Shown here: positions 20,301-22,850 of the stretch, piece after piece | Layout of the letters: the number at the start of each line of letters is the position of its first letter | How positions within the stretch are numbered: the first letter of the stretch is position 1 | From: Paramecium tetraurelia | Taxonomy: Eukaryota | Assembly (NCBI GenBank): GCA_000165425.1 | Contig: CT868496.1 | Coordinates: 434,001-456,850, forward strand | Length of the DNA: 22,850 nt | Direction: 5' to 3' | Position numbers and translations under genes: made by a program | The notes under the pieces: generated by a model | What the model saw: only the letters and a program-made list of their open reading frames with translations | Told to the model about the DNA's origin: nothing | Databases searched by the model: none

Positions 20301-22733
20301 AGCCATCGAAGCATTACACAACATAATTCTTACTAAGAGTAATTATTAATTCATAAGAAAAATTTTTAATTTGAAGGAATTGAATTCTGAAGCTTTGAAT
20401 CAACCATTTCCAAGGTTCAACATTCTTTGAATACCATTAAATACATGTTTTGGAATATTATATCAAAGTGCATTCAGTACAAATTCCTGTAAATGCAGAC
20501 GCTGAATATCCATCTTCACAAATTATACATTTTATTATTAATTCTGGAGTTTATATACATTATTTGCATTTATACATGTGTTTTTGACAATTTATAATTT
20601 CTGGGGCAATACTGAAATCATCTATTGATGATAATGTACAAATTTCTTAACCATCAAATGCAATATATGATCTAAGACAATTTGAGATTGCAGGAATCTA
20701 ATATAAACATTCCTCCTTTTCAAAGTTATAAATGAAACCATCATTACACTATGAACAACCTGTTTTAATCTCTTCGCCAACAATAGAGTAGGAGAATCTT
20801 TAATTTAGAGTGGTAATTGAGTGATCATTGCCAAAATAATTGAAGCAATATAAACAATATTTTATCATACATAGAGTACATTTTAATTCAAAATTTAAAA
20901 AATAAGGAGGTAGGCAATACTATTGCGAACCTAACGGTGGTATTGTTAGAGATACAAATTTACCAATGGTCGATAATGATTAGTCATCCCCACATTTATA
21001 ATAACTTAAGGAGTTTCCATCAAAATTATAACAAGAATCTGAATCCTAGAACTATTGCGATATATTTCCATCTTCGTCTGAATATATCGATGTCTTACAA
21101 TAAAGCATATTTAGCCATTCCTTAGGATTCTATAAACACTCAAGACATGTGAGTACATTTTCAGAAATCGTTGATGGACTAGTTAGATAATAATACAAAA
21201 ATACCATCTGAAACATTGATCTTCAAATTAAAAATATCCATATTTACAATTTGAAGTAGGAACTTCTTCTGGAATTATGATACTTAAATTAAGACTCTAG
21301 TAAGTTAAGCATTCGTTTTCCATATCAATAGTACCATAATCACAGATGCACTCCTTAAAATCTGGGTAATATCTTCTATTTGATGATTCGGCACAAGATA
21401 AACAATCAGACTTTGTTGGACCATCGCATTCCTTGCAAGTCCTATGACATTTTTATCCCAGTTCTACATCCTCTACGCAATTAAAGAATTAAAAATCAAA
21501 AATCTGAATTTTTAATTAGTATGAATGAGTTTATAATAGATCTCCGTATTACAATTTAAATTAAACCAAATTAAACTGTTTAACTTCTTAGTAAAATTCA
21601 TACTTTTCTTATTCAGAAAAGCTAATTGAAATTTATATGGCAGTTTCCAATTTCCTAACATTCAAATAATGCCATAGTTTTACATCACTGACAATATTAA
21701 AGGTCTCTTTGATTAAAAAGGGATCGTTTGAAAAATCAATATTTATTGAGGGAAATGTATAACTATATGTAGTTATAATGATCTAATTTCCTTTAGAGGA
21801 TAACTTATAAGTTAGTGTAAAAGGGGATATATTGTCACCTGTCGTTTAAGAAACCTTAACATTTCCAGATAATTTTAAAAATTTAAAATGTACTGCATCA
21901 GCAAAGATTTGCACCTAATCAAATTTAATCCAACCTGAAAATAAGAATTCTAAACAATTTATTTATTAAGAAAGATAAAGAAATTCTTCTTACTATTATA
22001 TCACTTAATTATTGATATTCGTATTTTCACTTGATTAACATCGACAATCATCTAATTTGAAATTTTCAATATATGAAATTATAAAGTCACAATATTCTTC
22101 TACATTTAAATAATATCCTTGAGCAATGAGAACTTACCCAGGGAAATACGATAATTTTCCATTTTATGAATTGTGAATTTATTAATTCTCATTTACTACC
22201 AAGTCTCCTCCAAAAATCAAATTTAATTGATCGTCATAAAATGGTAATTCAACCTGCATCTAGTGTATTTTAATCGTTTGCCCTTGTTCATAAAAATAAA
22301 CATTTAATTTTTTTTGAAATGGGGATGTCTAAATTCCAACAAAAAACCAGACATACTCATATTCACCCTCTATTGGCATCTCATAAATATGATCATCACC
22401 ATTGTTATCTATAAATTGTAGATATTTTATTATAGAATTGGCTTCGTAATTAAGACATTCATAGTAAATCAAGTTTATCCTTTATGTTGTTGGTTCTTGT
22501 GCATGATGTAAATGAAAGCAATTGCTATCTAAAATTCCAATTTATCCAATTTTAACGATGGTGCTTAATGGAATATATCTACTCCACACACCGTATCCAC
22601 TACAAGCAGTGTACATCTAACTTCTCGATAATGGGTAAACCTAGAATGGATATTATGACAGCAAATAAGTAGTTTATATGCAATTTGCTACAGTAATCAT
22701 TGTTACTAATTCAAGAGAAAATCTTTTGAACAT
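14304..22733 (-). CDS. Giant ciliate surface/membrane protein (signal peptide, furin-like/growth-factor-receptor Cys-rich repeats, beta-helix pectin-lyase-like region, C-terminal multi-pass TM domain); frame disrupted, so possibly a pseudogene or assembly errors
   Basis: ATG 22733 (MFKRFSLELVTMITVANC..., signal-like). Contains CHRTCKECDGPTKSDCLSC and many CxxC pairs (about 21450-20100), N..A..GGGIY-type repeats (NIADEKGGGIYF, NQAQEGGGV, about 16650-16800), CNKGHLGGLCEEC (about 15800) and the TM region of track ORF 14754-15065 (GYLFNEY..YFWEWIKLWKK). Stop TGA at 14306-14304. Six introns of 22-26 nt; frame breaks near 20010, 19615 and 17625. Confidence 0.85.
15124..15148 (-). other. Spliceosomal intron, 25 nt
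   Basis: gtaacacttatattcctaatattag; removal gives ASVIN-Q-FFSILAAR, in frame with track ORF 14754-15065. Confidence 0.9.
15498..15520 (-). other. Spliceosomal intron, 23 nt
   Basis: gtaataataatgtgtatatttag; removal gives FNLNQ-DHESIL. Confidence 0.9.
15634..15659 (-). other. Spliceosomal intron, 26 nt
   Basis: gtaaaattaatcaattatattattag; restores the frame between the Cys-rich stalk and the TM region. Confidence 0.9.
19885..19906 (-). other. Spliceosomal intron, 22 nt
   Basis: gtaatgagcgattataatttag; removal joins NFEYQ to VEFVCETF and accounts for the frame change. Confidence 0.8.
20065..20088 (-). other. Spliceosomal intron, 24 nt (3n, stop-free)
   Basis: gtattatattattaattctaatag; GTA...TAG and very AT-rich; removal gives EEIE-KINPIF. 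Frame-neutral, so less certain. Confidence 0.7.
21179..21204 (-). other. Spliceosomal intron, 26 nt
   Basis: gtatttttgtattattatctaactag; removal restores the frame (QCFR-C-PSTI). Confidence 0.9.
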
Positions 22734-22775
22734 ATTCAATTTTTTAAAATTATCAATAAATAAAATACAATCACA

Positions 22776-22850
22776 TCACATCAAAATAAAAGCTTAAGCT
22801 TCGGCGCTGTCGGAATACATGCCTCCACAAGCTACGTCCTAACGTTGAGT
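22776..22850 (-). CDS. Probable 3' end of an upstream gene entering from beyond the window; product and frame uncertain
   Basis: Abrupt GC-richer stretch at the window end. Two minus frames stay open to nearby TGAs: ...DVACGGMYSDSAEAQAFILM* (stop 22778-22776) or ...LNVRTQLVEACIPTAPKLKLLF* (stop 22783-22781). An AT-rich spacer follows. Confidence 0.35.

Noticed and set aside
19306..21125. Plus-strand ORFs 19306-19494, 20052-20294, 20161-20349 and 20937-21125
   Set aside because: Antisense shadows of the surface-protein gene.
22790..22850. Possible ncRNA (tRNA/SRP/snRNA) at the GC-richer window end, with palindrome aagcttaagctt
   Set aside because: No cloverleaf, box or Sm-site motif recognisable in the available bases; a coding 3' end explains it more simply.

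Overview
Very AT-rich eukaryotic DNA that reads with the ciliate nuclear code (TAA/TAG = Gln, TGA = stop) and has 22-26 nt GT...AG introns, most consistent with Paramecium. The supplied standard-code ORF track therefore only shows fragments. Re-translating by hand gives four genes. (1) Minus strand, 9512 to <1: a >3,100-aa midasin/Rea1-like protein with six AAA+ modules whose catalytic residues alternate between active and inactive sites, plus two MIU-like ubiquitin-binding motifs. (2) Minus strand, 11732-9906, directly upstream and co-oriented: a 608-aa protein with a degenerate bacterial/phage-type GH108 lysozyme + PG_binding_3 domain, a DUF1598-like domain and LIM-like zinc fingers. (3) Plus strand, 12766-14037: a divergent alpha-like tubulin with Lys at the catalytic E254 position. 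(4) Minus strand, 22733-14304: a giant Cys-rich/beta-helix multi-TM surface protein with six tiny introns and about three apparent frameshifts. The best candidate for an undescribed system is the pseudo-lysozyme gene next to the non-canonical AAA ring, possibly a bacteria-sensing module. That function is inference, and all domain calls come from motif recognition, not database searches.
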